From Amphiscolops sp. MND2022 (lineage: Eukaryota): a stretch of 64,000 bases of DNA. The stretch spans positions 65,164,001-65,228,000 of the forward strand of contig OZ076409.1 of the NCBI GenBank assembly GCA_964187785.1, in the 5' to 3' direction. The translations under genes were made by a program, and so were the position numbers. The notes beneath the pieces were generated by a model. That model did no database searches. It was not told the DNA's origin and saw nothing but the letters and a program-made list of their open reading frames with translations. Each line of letters opens with the position of its first letter. Within the stretch, counting starts at the first letter, position 1. Shown here piece after piece: positions 1 through 13,231 of this stretch.

Positions 1-681
1 TCAGCAGCAGAGAGCATAAAACAACACGAAAACCCTCTGAATTTACCGATGATCGATCACTAGGTTCAAATATCAAATCTTCATTTCCTGACTTCAAGAA
101 CTTTATTTGGTGACTTATTTGTTAGTCCTCTTTTATAAATTTTTCAACTGTTTCCGGGGGGCTGATCCATAAAGGAAAATTCCAATCTCAAGCAATATTA
201 AATCTAATTGTTTGTCTCCCCGAACCGAAACATTTTAGAAACGATATTTGTATTCTGAAAATCTTGACCAATCAGCGATCATCATTTGTGTGCACCAGAG
301 TTTGAAACCATTTTGACGAAGTCTTTGGAAGAATATACATGTACAGTAGTAAGAACCTAAATATTTGTTGCTTTAAGAACCTGTATAATGCTTTAACTCT
401 TCTCGGGCCGAAACTGAAGAGGACGTAGCGCAGCCGGCGCCGCCGCATCGGAAATAAGAGTAAGTTTACAGTATACAATAGTTGTAATTGTAGAAGTACA
501 ATAGTGTAAGAAAAGAACTGAACCCTTATTTGTAAGAAATAATTTGGACTGCATGTAAACAGAGCTACATTAGCATTTCGCATGGGGATTTCGTTCATTC
601 TCTATTTTACCCATGAATTTAAGGGATTGGAAGGACAAATTGAATGTCTAAGATAATGGGCATAACCCCTTTCAAAAACTA

Positions 682-1343
682 CAGTACTGTGATTAAGAAA
701 TCGTCCCCCTATGCGCGTTATCAACCAATAAGAATTGCTTATTTGCTCTCACTTTCAATTCTGATTGGCGCATCAAGTGAAATCTCATGCGCAGAAAGAA
801 ACTTCTGCTATTTTCCCAGTTTTAGGAAGGTTTTTGAATTTTTTTCGAGATATTTTAAATTCATCAAATTGTGCAGATTGTTTAGAATTCAATGATACAT
901 TTTTTGTTTCAAAAACATTCTAAATGAAAAAATAATCGCAGTTTTTCGCCGCGAAACCTCCAATTCTTATCTCAATACATAGAAGTCGATGAAATTTTAC
1001 CTTTCGAGCATGATATTTCGAAAACGGTTGATAATTTTTGAATTAAAAAAATATCCATAGATTCAGTAGATTTGTGCGAGTTATTTGAGCATAAAACTTG
1101 CCAAAAAACATGTGGGTAACCGGGTCAAAAATTGGAAAAACGGAAAAATGTCCCAAATTTGCTCAAAATTAGCTATATGTAACTTTCTCAATTTTTGTCC
1201 CACAAAAATTATAAAATCACTAATATAAACTAGTTAAAATTCTAAGAAACTTTTGTTTCTGAAGTTTTTCAAAATTCTCAACAGATTTCGAGAAAATTGA
1301 GCCTGAAATCGCCCCGGGGGACGTTTTCTTAATCACAGTACTG
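682..1343. mobile_element. MITE with 28-bp TIRs and TA TSD (Tc1/mariner/pogo-type)
   Basis: Left end CAGTACTGTGATTAAGAAATCGTCCCCC is mirrored by GGGGGACGTTTTCTTAATCACAGTACTG at 1316-1343 (1 mismatch). TA flanks both sides (680-681, 1344-1345). No coding capacity. Confidence 0.85.
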
Positions 1344-2475
1344 TATATAATACCAATTATCTTGATGTAAAATAGTTGAATGGCTTCAGTAAATGAAGAA
1401 AGTACCTGACAAATAAACACAAGTTCCAAATTAGGTGCCAAATGTTACAAAATTGTCCAAAATGATGTCCCATATGCCAATTCAGTAGTAAATTTACTTC
1501 TTGCAATTCAGTACTTGCAAATAATTAGGAAGTTTCTTCATTATTTGCAAACCTACAAGTGCCCAACAAAATCTTAGAATGTTTGTTTATTTGATTTTCA
1601 AATAACTTGGATGATGGCAGGAATCAGAGCTAGTTTTGTTTTGGTCCAATTTTTTTTGTACAAATAAAGGTTTTTTTTCTTACACTATTGTACGGAATTA
1701 AGAAATAGCCTTTAAATTTCACGAGCAGACAATAGTTCACTGCCTCAGATCTCATATTCTAATACTTTTTCCCCAAACACGTTTTCCGCGAAATTAATAG
1801 AATGAAAGACGGGTAGATCAAAACAATCCTTTTTAATACTTCTGCTTTAGCAGGAATATTATTGAAATCTGGAAACGTGTACTTTTTTTTCAGAACAATT
1901 TTTCGGACGATCTGAATGTTTCGGATATTTTGTTTGGCAGTGAGTGTAAGCGAGAGAGCTGCCGAAGACAATTCAATTCTAGTGCGATGGAACGAGCGAG
2001 TGGTAATTATCCATTCGTATATTGACGTCATTGAGATGAAGCGAGCGAATGTTCGTAATTGTGCTTTCGTTGCCCCGAGTTATTGAGATGAAGCGAATGA
2101 GTGTTAATTATTCGTTCGTTGAGAGCTTCGCCTGCATTCAAATGCGAATGCGAAACTTCGTCTACGCTTAGTAGTTATATTTTCTTTAGTCCGAGAAAAA
2201 TGAAAGGCGGTGTAAACTTGTACAGTGATTAATTGTGCTCTAAGTAATTATTAAACGGGAGTGTATTGGTATTCCAGATATGATTCTTTTTTATTAATGA
2301 TTTTTTTGTTTCAAAAAAAATAAAGATTAAAGCAGAAATATTACTGAGCCCCGGAGGGGCCTATTTTCACTAACAGTCAGTTAAAGCGCTCTCAGAAGCG
2401 ATGCGAGTTTCTGCTGTTTAGCTTCAAAACTTAACATGAAACTTTTTTTGATCTTTTTGCTTCATGCCAGAAAAC

Positions 2476-2864
2476 GGTTCTAGGACAATACGCCCAAAGA
2501 CATTTCGCCCAAGGACATTACGCCCAAGGAAATTACGCCCAAACGGAAGTTACGCCCAAGGAAATTGAGCTATTCAAAGCGAATAACAGCGATTATTTTG
2601 AGGTTATTGTTTGAAGATGTTTACATATTTTTTGTATGGCTCGGTCGCTTCGCTCCCTTCGCCAAGTAGCAACATTGAGGCATGGCCATATGGCACGTCG
2701 CTCCGCTTCGCTTCGCTCCTGCATTTAGGGCACTAGGAGTATGTGTGAGTATATGCTGATTACATTATCGTAATGTCCTGTGCGTAATTTACGTTTGGGC
2801 GTAATGTCCGCTTTGGGCGTAATGTCCTTGGGCGTAATGTCCTTGGGCGTAATGTCCGGATACC
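2476..2864. mobile_element. Foldback/Mutator-like MITE with arms built of ~15-bp units (TTACGCCCAAGGACA)
   Basis: Tandem units on the left, inverted units (TGTCCTTGGGCGTAA) on the right, GG...CC ends, flanked by a CCAGAAAA duplication (2467-2474 and 2865-2872). Confidence 0.75.
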
Positions 2865-3673
2865 CCAGAAAATATCAAACTGTAGAACTTCAATCAGTCA
2901 AGTTGGATGAAAACTAGCGTTCATTTCAGAGTTTTGAAACCGCTAATTAGTGATTTAGCGAATTAGTACCCGCTGGGGAATTTTTCAGCGATTTAATTTG
3001 TGGTTCAAAATAGCGAAAACTATTAGAATGTCCAAATTCAAAATTCCCCTGTCTATAGCGGAATAACGATTTTTAAACCAGCGGTTTAGCTTTCAACAGA
3101 AAAAATTAGCGATGTCAAACCCTGGTTCATTTCGAATATCAATGCTTGTACTACGAAGACTGCATGTAGATAACGACTGCATCAGGAGCGTGAAAGAAGG
3201 AGCTACCTTAAACTGAAAACTTCGGATTAAAAAAATTTGAAAAACATTTTTTTGTTGAAAAAAAATTCCATTTGATTACCACAGCGTGAACTTTGGTAAT
3301 TTTGATGACTTTTGATTGTACTGTAGCACATATCCCACATTTTTGAAATGTCTAACTTTTGTCGCTGACAAAATCATTTTTATTGAATTTATTAAACTGG
3401 TTTTACATTAGATAAACTAAAATGCGTAGCTTTGATTTTCGAGCAAATTGTGAAACAAAGTTTCCTGCAATACATTCATTCAATTACCTAGAAGTGGCTT
3501 TGAGCGTCTTAAAAGTTCCAACATCCGGGCATATTCGAGTTTTTCTGTACCCACGCAAAAGGCTGACGATTGCTCATGAGTTGGGTTGGTAGAAAATTCA
3601 TAATGGGTTTGTCCGGATGTTGATGAACAAACTCTGATTAAATATCTAAAGACGTCTTTGAATACTTTGATTG

Positions 3674-4219
3674 GGGGGAAGTAAATAACTTCTAAATAAA
3701 TAACTTCTAATTAATATAGTAAACAACTTCTAAATAAATAAGTTCTAAAATTATTTTAGTAAATAACTTCTAAATTGCAATGGCATCTAGTAAATAACTT
3801 CCAAACAGCTATTTTGACGTAATTATTTCTATAACGTCGTTAGCTATGTTCACATACCCCTAGTGCCCTAAATGCAGGAGCGAAGCGAAGCGGAGCGACG
3901 TGCCATATGGCCATGCCTCAATGTTGCTACTTGGCGAAGGGAGCGAAGCGGCGACCGAGCCATACAACAAATATGCTAATCTTTTCAAATAACAGTTTTC
4001 GGAATAATAGAACGGTAAGTTTATTTTCGGAATAATGGAACGGTTAATTTATTTTCGGAAGAATGAATAGCAATCTTTACTAGAATGATTTCAGAAGTTA
4101 CCAGACGCAAATGCATTTTAGAAGTTATTTACTAATATAATTTTACAACTTATTTATTTAGAAGTTATTTACTAATATAATTTTAGAACTTATTTATTTA
4201 GAAGTTATTTACGTGATCC
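3674..4219. mobile_element. Foldback/Mutator-like MITE with arms of AAATAACTTCTAAAT-type units
   Basis: Repeated units at 3680-3835 are inverted at 4115-4212. An 8-9-bp duplication (C)TTTGATTG lies at 3665-3673 and 4219-4227. Confidence 0.75.
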
Positions 4220-5772
4220 TTTGATTGCTCCGTTTACACTCGAATATGTTGAATGGGATCAACGGTCAATCGTGAACCTTTGAAAATGACCCCTATTTCG
4301 TAGACTTTCGAGGGACTTTGACTCCATGGGAACATTTATACAGAAGCATGTGAATGGGCATGACCCTCGTTTTTCACCTGTCGTTTCATCATCTTCTAGG
4401 CAAATTGCTTCATCAAGTATACCAAGTAAATTACTCAATCAAAATAGAAGCAATAATCAATGCATTGCTCTGAAAAATAAATTGATGACAAAAACAACAG
4501 TTGTTTGATAATTTCTAGGTCCAAACTTCGGCGGTCTGAACTGACAATATTTGCGAAAACTAGAAAACTTCAAAAACATATTCCGCCAATTTCAAGTTCC
4601 GCCGTAAAATCACGCCATGAGCATTCTAATTGGTTGGAAAATCACGCTTATTCACGCGCGTGATTTTATGCTGGCCCTACTTACAATCATGTACAGTACA
4701 CTAGTGATATTTCTAAAAGCAACAAAAGACAAATCTCAAAATCGAATATCTCTAAAACAGCAGCGATTTTTGAAAAATGATAAAAGTGAAAGTTTCTTAG
4801 ATTTTGTTTCTGTAGACATGTTAAATTTAGTGTCAAGATATGTTAAGATACTCTCTAGCATTTCTAAGTTTCCATCAAAATTTGAGGGAAACAGTGGAAA
4901 TAAATATCAAAACGCTTAAACGATCATCAAAGCTACGCCTAGATTATCAAAATGAAAGATATTTGAAACCAATTCGGATCTTTGTTTTCTAGTTACCTAA
5001 ACATTTTTAAATCGACAAAATATTGTCGACCAATTTTTAATGTTAATTTCGACAATTTCACATTGCTTGAAATGAACTTTTAGATAGTTATCATAACTCA
5101 ACAGATGATAACTCAACAACTTTAGATTGATTGCATTTTTCGACTAGTCTTTAAATAATGAGTCGTCAAAATTGTTTACGTTTTACATGTGTTCATAGAC
5201 AGTTTGCTCTTTTTCATCCATGTCTGAAAAATAAATTGATGACATTTGATAGAAATGAGAAAACAAACTATTCTGAAGAATCCTACATCAACTGACCCAA
5301 GGTCAATTTAAGGTCAAGTTCTCAACGAAGGATTTAGGATTGCCATCAATCCAAGTTTCAGTCAAAGAAACATGAAAGAACATTTTGTAAATTATGATTT
5401 TGTTTAATGTTTCTTCATTCAGAATAATAACGTCTGGAAAAATGCTAGTTAACTATATCTAGTATATTTTCAGAGGTGCAATTATATGACCCATGTTTTC
5501 ATGTTTGCTGAATGGCGTCTCTAATGTCTAATCAAATTCGAATGTTGATTCTAAACTCGAAACTGTTTTGGTATCTAAATTACTACCTGATAGTTTTCAT
5601 AATTACCCGCCTACGCCATTTTATGAAAGGCACTTTCGGAGGTCCTATCAATTCCTTTAGAATGTAACAGGAATCATGGCATGAGAAATTGGCAATTGCG
5701 TATTGGTTGGAGCCTAATTAACTCAACCAACAACACATTATTCTTAGCTAAGTGAGTCAGTAATGGGTAATT

Positions 5773-6152
5773 TCCTTTCTTTCACACTTCCGCCTTGTTT
5801 ATAAAGCTTGTGTCAGAACAAACGTTGCTTTTTTCTCCAAAACCCATCCAGTTGACATAAAGGTTTTTTCTGGGCGAAAACTCGAGAATTTGAAAGTGTT
5901 GAAGTTTCAGCGAAATGGATCCGTGTCATCGCTGTTTAAATGTTTGACCATCTTACATGGTCTTACAATTCTTGCAGAAATTTTGTACTCAAGGAACTCC
6001 CCAAAATTTTCTTTTGATATCTACATTTATATGCTTTGATTACAAAGCACCATGTTTTTTTGCCCCCAGTTTGCGAGTCTTGTCGAGCAGGAAAGGTTTT
6101 GTTTTGTTCTGACATAAGCTTTATAAACAAGGCGGAAATGTGAAAGAAAGGA
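5773..6152. mobile_element. MITE with ~50-bp TIRs
   Basis: TCCTTTCTTTCACACTTCCGCCTTGTTTATAAAGCTTGTGTCAGAACAAA is mirrored at ~6103-6152. TSD not clear. Confidence 0.65.
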
Positions 6153-6520
6153 TTTTTTCTTTCGGAAAATGTCGCAAAGTGCCGAAAAATGCGATTTATT
6201 AAGATACATTCTGCTGCAAATTATCAAAAACTCGAAGTGGGGTCCTTTTGAGACAATGAACAAATTTCAAAAAAAGTCGCACAGTGCCGGAAAATCGAAG
6301 GGGGCCCTTTAGGATTGTCCGGTTTTTTAGGTTAAGTTAGAAAAGTAAAAACTGAAAGGGGCCCTTTTTACTAAGTTTGCCTATGCCGGACTTGGTCTGA
6401 GTAGTTTTAGTAGTTTCTGTAAAAAGTGGACCGATCAATGTGAGGTCTGAGTTCTGAAGAAAAAAGTCACTGTAGGAGTCGGGCTTCTTTCCTTTAGAGG
6501 AAAAAGCGCCATATAAAAAA
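6153..6520 (-). mobile_element. Partial Helentron/DINE-1-like non-autonomous element
   Basis: Shares GTCGCACAGTGCCG and AAGGGGGACCC blocks and the terminal palindrome (GTCGGGC...AAAAGCGCC) with the full copy at 6823-7310. Confidence 0.55.
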
Positions 6521-6822
6521 CAGCGCAATTTAGTCACTTCAGTCATACGAAATGCAAAAAGGGAAGCCATTTTCAAAAACGTGGAAAAATCCATCTATCA
6601 AGACGATGTATAGAACATTGAAATGCCAAACACGATTTAATCAATCACGAGACTTGAAAACAGATTTTGATGAAATGAATAAGTTTTTTACATCTAAAGG
6701 TCATAAACTCTTCCGGTAAGTACCAAAACAACATCTTGCCATTGCTCTCCCATGTTTTGATGAAACAATGGATTTAAATGTTACTAGTCACAAAGAAATT
6801 GCACAAATTACTTTAAAAATGA

Positions 6823-7310
6823 ACAAGACGGGAACGTCTAAAGTCGGCGCCATATCTAAGGCTCAAAAAGCACAAAAGATTTTTTTCGGAAAAAAATGAA
6901 ATTTTTGAAAAATTTTTTCTTACAAAAAAAGTCGCATAGTGCCGAAAAATGTAAAAGGGGGACCCTTCTGGATTTATTAACATACATTCCGTTGCAAAAT
7001 ATAAAAAAACTCGAAGGGGGGACCCTTTGGGGACAAAAAAATTTTCGAAAAAAAAGTCGCACAGTGCCGAAAAAAACTCAAAGGGGGACCCTATAGTCTC
7101 GTCCTGTTTTGTATCTTACGATAAAAATGGACTTACTGAAAGGGGGGACCCTTTGCACTATCTCAAATGCGCTGCCAGTATTTTAGTAGTAGTGTATTTA
7201 GTAGTTGAACGTTAATTTTAACGTTCGTCGCTTCGAGTCTGTCTTAAATAAAAAAAAACGAGTGACTGTAATAGTCGGGCTCTTTTCTTAAGAAAAGCGC
7301 CGGCTAAAAA
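6823..7310 (-). mobile_element. Helentron/DINE-1-like non-autonomous element (complete copy)
   Basis: On the minus strand: 5' sub-TIR with adjacent inverted copy (TAGCCGGCGCTTTT...AAAAGAGCCCGACTA), internal short repeats, 3' sub-TIR GCGCCGACT followed by hairpin AGACG-TTCC-CGTCT and TGTT. The same ends recur at 41407-42251, 42379-42964 and 43285/59835. Confidence 0.65.
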
Positions 7311-7529
7311 TAGAAAGAGTTCTGAACCTGATGGTATAAGCAATGAAAAATACTCAAATGCTGCTCACCCGTGGTCGAAGAGCATCTCTCTAAAGCATTC
7401 AAGGAATGCCTCAAGATTGGAATTTCGCCAGAATGCCCTAAAATTGTAAAGGTTATCGCGCTCCACAAAAAGGTGATTACAGTGATGCCGAAAACGACCG
7501 TCCTCCAAGTTTATTGAGTTCACTGAGTA

Positions 7530-8470
7530 AGGTCTTCGCGAAACTGTTATGCAACCGGATGATTCACTTTTTGTTAACAATGATCTTCTTACTCCAGGTC
7601 AGTTCGGCTTTTGGTCTAGCCATTCGTGTGTTCATGCTGTAAACGAAATTGCCCATTTCATATGTGATGCAATCGACAGAAAGTTTACGGGTCAAACATG
7701 TTTTTTTAACTCAGAAAAGCATTTTATTCCTTGGACTGTTTTCAATTGCTAAACAGATTGTACAATTACAACTTCAGAGAACCTTTATTTCATCTAATGA
7801 GTGACTTCTTACCAAATAGATGGCGATATGTATTTGATGATGAAAGAATTACCGGAAAACTTCCTGTTGTCAGGGCACTACCTTCATGTCTTTCCCTTTT
7901 TTGGTTTATATCAATAACCTGCCTGTTGTTTGTTCAACGAAAAGCAAAATCACAATATTTGCAGATGACACGGAAATTGGAATTGATTACCGATTCGAAA
8001 AGATTTGATTGAAATTACAAATTGGTTTGCTTGCAACAAGCTGTCCATCCTTGTATGGGACAAGGTTGACTAGTGTGGATCTGCTTCCCTTTAGCCTCAC
8101 CACTTCAACTGCAAGTTAAACAAAGCGCTATCTCAAGACTATCTGCAACTTGTACATCAAAGACAGTCAGGACTTGATAAACTTGTTTTTCAATTGAATT
8201 GATTGTTGAAACATATCTTTTTTTTTCGCTACACAGTTTCACCTATATTAACTTACCTTTCTTTACCTATCTTAACAGAGGTAAAATATAATTCACGTGA
8301 TAAGCAATGTTGAAAATCTTGCTATAGGTTGCTGCTTGATTGTATAACAGGACAGAGACTCGACGAGCTCCATAAGTTTTTTCTCTGTCCTTTTTAGATA
8401 TTATCAATGCATCTATATATGTATATAAAAACGTTTGATATTTGCATCTGAATAAATAAACTTCTTTCTC
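7530..8470 (+). pseudogene. Decayed non-LTR (LINE) reverse transcriptase fragment with possible 3' tail
   Basis: Frameshifted pieces translate to LLTPGQFGF..SHSCVHA, LLNRLYNYNFR.PLFHLMSDFL.NRWRYV and LVYINNLP...ITIFADDT, motifs typical of LINE RT. AATAAATAAA and a TC-rich tail follow near 8451-8475. Confidence 0.7.
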
Positions 8471-10544
8471 TCTTTGTTTTTTTCTTTGTTAATAAAGTTC
8501 GAAAAACAACGCTCGAAAAGAATGAGATTTTGTACTCCAATTAATTCCTATTTTTTTAAATGCTCACTACAGAAACTTCGCTTGAAAAACGCTCAAAAAT
8601 GGCTGAAGTTGTCCTTCTGAAATAATCTTTTTGAAGAAAGATCCGTATCTTCTGTTAGAAAGTCCTTCAAATTGACCCCAGAAAGTCGAAAACGTCACGT
8701 TGCACACTTGTATAGATTTTTTGTGCAATTTCTTATAAAGTTTCGTAAATGACAAGGTTTGTTAGGTTTCGAACGGAATATCTAACGAGGCAGTACGCCT
8801 TTCAGAGGAAAGTTGGCATTTTTTTAGAAACAACAATACCACAGATTGACCAAAATAGTCAAATTCAAAAACAAATCGAAAAGCTTCCAAATTTTGCCGT
8901 TTTTATTTTGCAAATTTTCCAGTTGGGATGTTGAAAAGATGTTTGCAGTTTCTAGTTAGAGATGCGCGTCAAAATTACCCGAAAGAGTCGAAATCAGTAA
9001 AGTTTTCCCTTTTTTGAAACTTAGGTCACTTTTTGTGTACAAAACAAATTTTTTGTCGGTTAGGTTCTTAAAGGTATTCACTTAGTTCAACAACAAAACA
9101 ATTCGATGGTGAGGGTATTCTTAAATCAGGTGTTTCCTTTGAAATTGGAGTGATATTAATCATAAAGTGCCAAAACTTTCAATCCTTCAAAATTCTAGGC
9201 ATTTTCATGGTGCATTGGCTACTTTTGATCCTCAAAATTGTGTCGTATTAGAACAGTTTGGGGCGGAAATTTGTTATCAATTTAAACGATTGCTATAAAT
9301 TGCTGCGAACAAATTGATAACTTAGTAATGGGCTGTGTCACCTCATTAAAATGGAGCGGAAAATTTTAAAATGGAAATTTTAAGGTAAAATTTAGTTTCT
9401 AACACATGTGGCGGGTAAAAAAAGCTGAATTTCAACAAATTTGCACTGATAGATGAGTACACAGCGAAATGGGGCATGAAATTTCGAGCGATAAGTGAAA
9501 ACTATGGTGGGATTAATTGAGAATCCCGAAAACGCATTTCCAATGATTTGTTCAAGTTGTAAGGACGTGTTAACTTCTTAACAAAGTTAGAGACTTCTAT
9601 CTACAAACTGCCCACCTTGAAAGTGAACTACAGGTTACTTTATACACGGAAAGTTTTCTCACAAAAGTTATTCCAAAAGAAGGAAATGAACGACCAAACT
9701 ACTTGGGACCGTTCTTATGCCTATTAATCATTGCGTTGGCTAAAGGTCAGTGTGGTTCCAATGAATGAGGATGAATTAGAACTTGTTCAAAGTTTTCACA
9801 TAATTCAGTGATCTCTTATTCAGTTGGTAATTCGAAAGCAAATTTAATATTGGAATAACATTCTGTTTTATCTGTTTTTGCCATGATTGCATGCAGTTAT
9901 TCGCGAATTATTGTTTGACATTCGGCAATAGTCAAGGTCGTCCCCGTGGTTCTGTTGTCAAATTTCTTTGTTCTTTGTTCACCAACTTCCTGTTGTCTGA
10001 CGTGAGTAAAAATAGTTTTCTCAAGTGTTTGAATCGGAAAGTCGCACGCATTCAATAGATCTTTGGAGCCTTAAAGGAAGCGTAGATTAATAAACCATCT
10101 CAATTGAATGAGACCCTCGCTATTGAATCAATCACACATGTTTGAACAGTGAATCAATCACAGAAAAATTTGAACTATTTTGTGAAACTAATAGCAACTT
10201 TGGCTCTTCTCTGTTTTCCCCCACCGCCAATTGCTTTTTTTGGAAAATTAGTGAGTTTAGAATTGCGATATAAACTGTGTTCACGCTATTTTTGCCTATG
10301 AAGTCATGCATTCTTGATGAAGAAATCAACAACTTCCTGTTTTGAGTCACAAAAAAACAAGGAATACGAACATAATTATAGTCAAAATGCGTGAAAAATG
10401 TTTTTGTTCAAACAAAAAAAATATTCTAATAGATGTTAACTTCCTGTTTTGAAAGAAGGCTTTAGTTTAAAATGGTCTATTCTGAAACTTTTAAAGAAAT
10501 TTACTTTCAACGTTTTGGTGGTTGTGGGGGGGGTTTAAACAGAA

Positions 10545-11116
10545 GGTTTAGTATTTCACCCCACGTTCATTTCAACCCACATTTAAATTATCAAATGCGT
10601 CTCAGATTAATGACTAAAGCAACCCAGACTAAAGCAACCCAGTTTCAATCTTAGCGCTAATAGAAAAGCGTCTTGCATCTAATTACCAGTTAGATAAGCA
10701 AACGATGCTTGCTATGTGAACCACAAAATCAGAACCGAAAAGTTTCATTTATCGGAATTGTAATACTTCTGAACAAGACGCTGAAAAAAACTTTTTTCTT
10801 CTGCTTCTGTCAATCAAAATTTACATTTATGGATACTGCGAATTTCCAACGAAAAATTTCCTATTCGGTTTTTTTACGGCAAAAAAATCCTACCGGCCAG
10901 AAATTGATAATCAAATCAAAGCTGACTCAAAGACAGTAGGCATCAAACTTTATGTGTTAATTGGTTAACTAAGGTGAGACACTTCTGTATAATTACAATA
11001 TGGTGTGAAATGAACGTGGGGTGAAATGAGTGGGGTGAAATGAATTTGGGGTGAAATGAACGTGGGGTGAAATGAATGTGGAGTGAAATGATATTAGTGT
11101 GAAATGAACGCACACC
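10545..11116. mobile_element. Foldback-like MITE with 15-bp units (GGGGTGAAATGAACG)
   Basis: About 7 units at 11002-11110 and 2 inverted units at 10553-10584. AACAGAA flanks both sides (10538-10544, 11118-11124). Confidence 0.6.
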
Positions 11117-11349
11117 GAACAGAAAAGCCGCAACTTTGAAGAATAGATATGAAAAATATCCTTTTACAGGCTATATTAAATTGTAAAGGAATCCTAATAA
11201 ATACCTGAAGAAATAGCATTGCATCAGGAAAATAATTTAGCATTAATGATTTTCCATGAAACTCCCAAAATCATGCTAAAAGTGTTTGGCAGCCTTTAAA
11301 ATCATACAAAAGTTTCAAGCAGTTTCAACTAGGGTATGCGGCTGTTTTT

Positions 11350-11745
11350 CCTTTTCCCCACACTTTTTAAAGAAAACAAACTCAACATAAAGAATTGTAT
11401 TTGACTATATTATTCAATAATTCTTCGAATAAGTCTTTCCCTTTGTTTTGTTGTCTCCACACTATTAGAGTAGTTTTCCGCTTGAACAAAACATTGTTCA
11501 CACAATTTGACTAATTATGTTCGTATGAGTGTTTATTGATGACTCAAAACAGGAAGCTGTTGATTTCTTCATCAAAAATGCGTAACTACATAGGGAAAAA
11601 GTGTGAACAAAGTTTGTATCTGAATCCTAAACTATCACCCTGAGAATAAATTTAAAACTGAACGGTTTCATTGGAAACGCAATTGAGATATAATTAATTG
11701 CAAAAACATCATCTTGAAAAGTGTGATGGGAAAAGGAAAAAGTTC
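11350..11745 (-). repeat. Dispersed repeat; inverted copy of the sequence interrupted by LTR element A (15150-15509 + 31353-31410)
   Basis: The reverse complement reads TATAGTCAAATACAATTCTTTATGTTGAGTTTGTTTTCTTTAAAAAGTG, which matches the joined flanks of element A. Related CTTCCTGTTTTGAGTCA units occur at ~10330, ~13220, ~15020 and ~15340. Confidence 0.8.
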
Positions 11746-13231
11746 CGGGTATGCTTTTGCTACACTAAAAGTCTCAACATACAAATTAAACTTCTGGTTC
11801 CCCATTGTGGCTCTTTTCCGCAACGCCCATGAAAATTTTCAATTCGAAATTTTGAAAAAGTTCTTCGAACTGTCTTGTTCAAAAGTGAAACCCCTTTCCA
11901 TAACAGGAATAGGTAATTTCTATTGGAATAGTATTTCGTTCGAACGAAATATTTTTCCAGAGATTTTGACTTGATTATATTTGAATTAACTGTTTTTGTG
12001 ACTCAGAAAAAGCTGGTGAATTCCTAATCAATAATGTATGAAATCATAAAAGGAAATAGTGTGAAAAAAGCTCATACATGTATCTGGATCTTAAACTGTC
12101 ACCTTGAAATTAATTTAAAATTGAAGTTTCTGGTTTGGTTTTTAATATTTTGTCCTATTATTTTAACTGAATTTCCAAAAAATATTTGGCGGTGGGGAAA
12201 ACGGAAAATAACCTACTGCGAACTATTTTCAGAATCATTATTGAAAATAATTATCACGTTTTCCGAATTTTGTCTCAATCATTTTTATGAAGGAATTATA
12301 TTTTTTTCGACGTTTTTTTCAAACTCAACCTTCAACATTTCAAGTTTTTCGTGAACTAATTCAAACTCTCTTCAGCAAAAATTCAAATGTGTCTCGTCTA
12401 GTAATAACTGCACAAAACCTTAAGTGTATCAGCTGGTGTGACAAAAAACCTTACATCATCAATTCACATGATTTTTTGTTTGTAATATTTGTGTAATAAA
12501 ATGAATGAAGACACTTGCAACACTGCATATTAGCTAACAATATTACGTAATAAGCATCTCTGGCTCGGTTGTCATCTAATATGATAGAAAAAATGAAACA
12601 ATACGAAATGTACAACATGTACCAGTAATTACGAAAATGTAATGAGAATTTTCAATTGAGAGCGGAATTTTCTTGAGAATAATAAGTCATTGACTTTGTC
12701 ATCAATCAATAACTTATGATTCATCAAATTAAAATGAGTGCGTATTCTGCGCCAAAAAAGTCACTTTATTCAAGGAGAAAGACACGAAATTGAGAAGCAA
12801 TAAAAAAGAAAATTCTCCAAAAAATCAAAAATGTGAACGAATCAGAGGGGCGGTTTTCTGACTTTTTTTCGTTTTAATTGAGATCTTGATAAAACGATGG
12901 CTTCTAATATCTCAACGAGGTGAAAAAGGTTCGAGTATGACAATTTTGAGGAAAAGACCAAGTTTTAAATTCTCATTACCCATAGTACAATGAAAACGAA
13001 GGAAAGGCACAGATCATTTGCTCAACAATGTTTCAAATCGGGGTTCTTTTCTGTCATCCCGACCCCATCCCCCCTCGCCACCGCCGATTTTTTTTTTGAA
13101 AAATCAGAGAAAATATAACAATAAAAATACTAAAACCACTCCAAAAACATTTAATTATTTTTCTATAATTTAGTATTTTTGTCCATTTATGAAGTCACTC
13201 ATTTTTAATTAAGAAATCAACAGCTTCCTGT

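Noticed and set aside
272..600. Host exons near the window start, and at 33799-34138
   Set aside because: Splice-like signals exist, but I could not build a coherent frame or recognise a domain.
11002..11110. Short regular repeats as CRISPR arrays or telomeric repeats (also 2480-2860, 3680-4210, 16944-17039)
   Set aside because: There are no unique spacers or cas genes. The units form inverted arms of MITEs or lie within an LTR.
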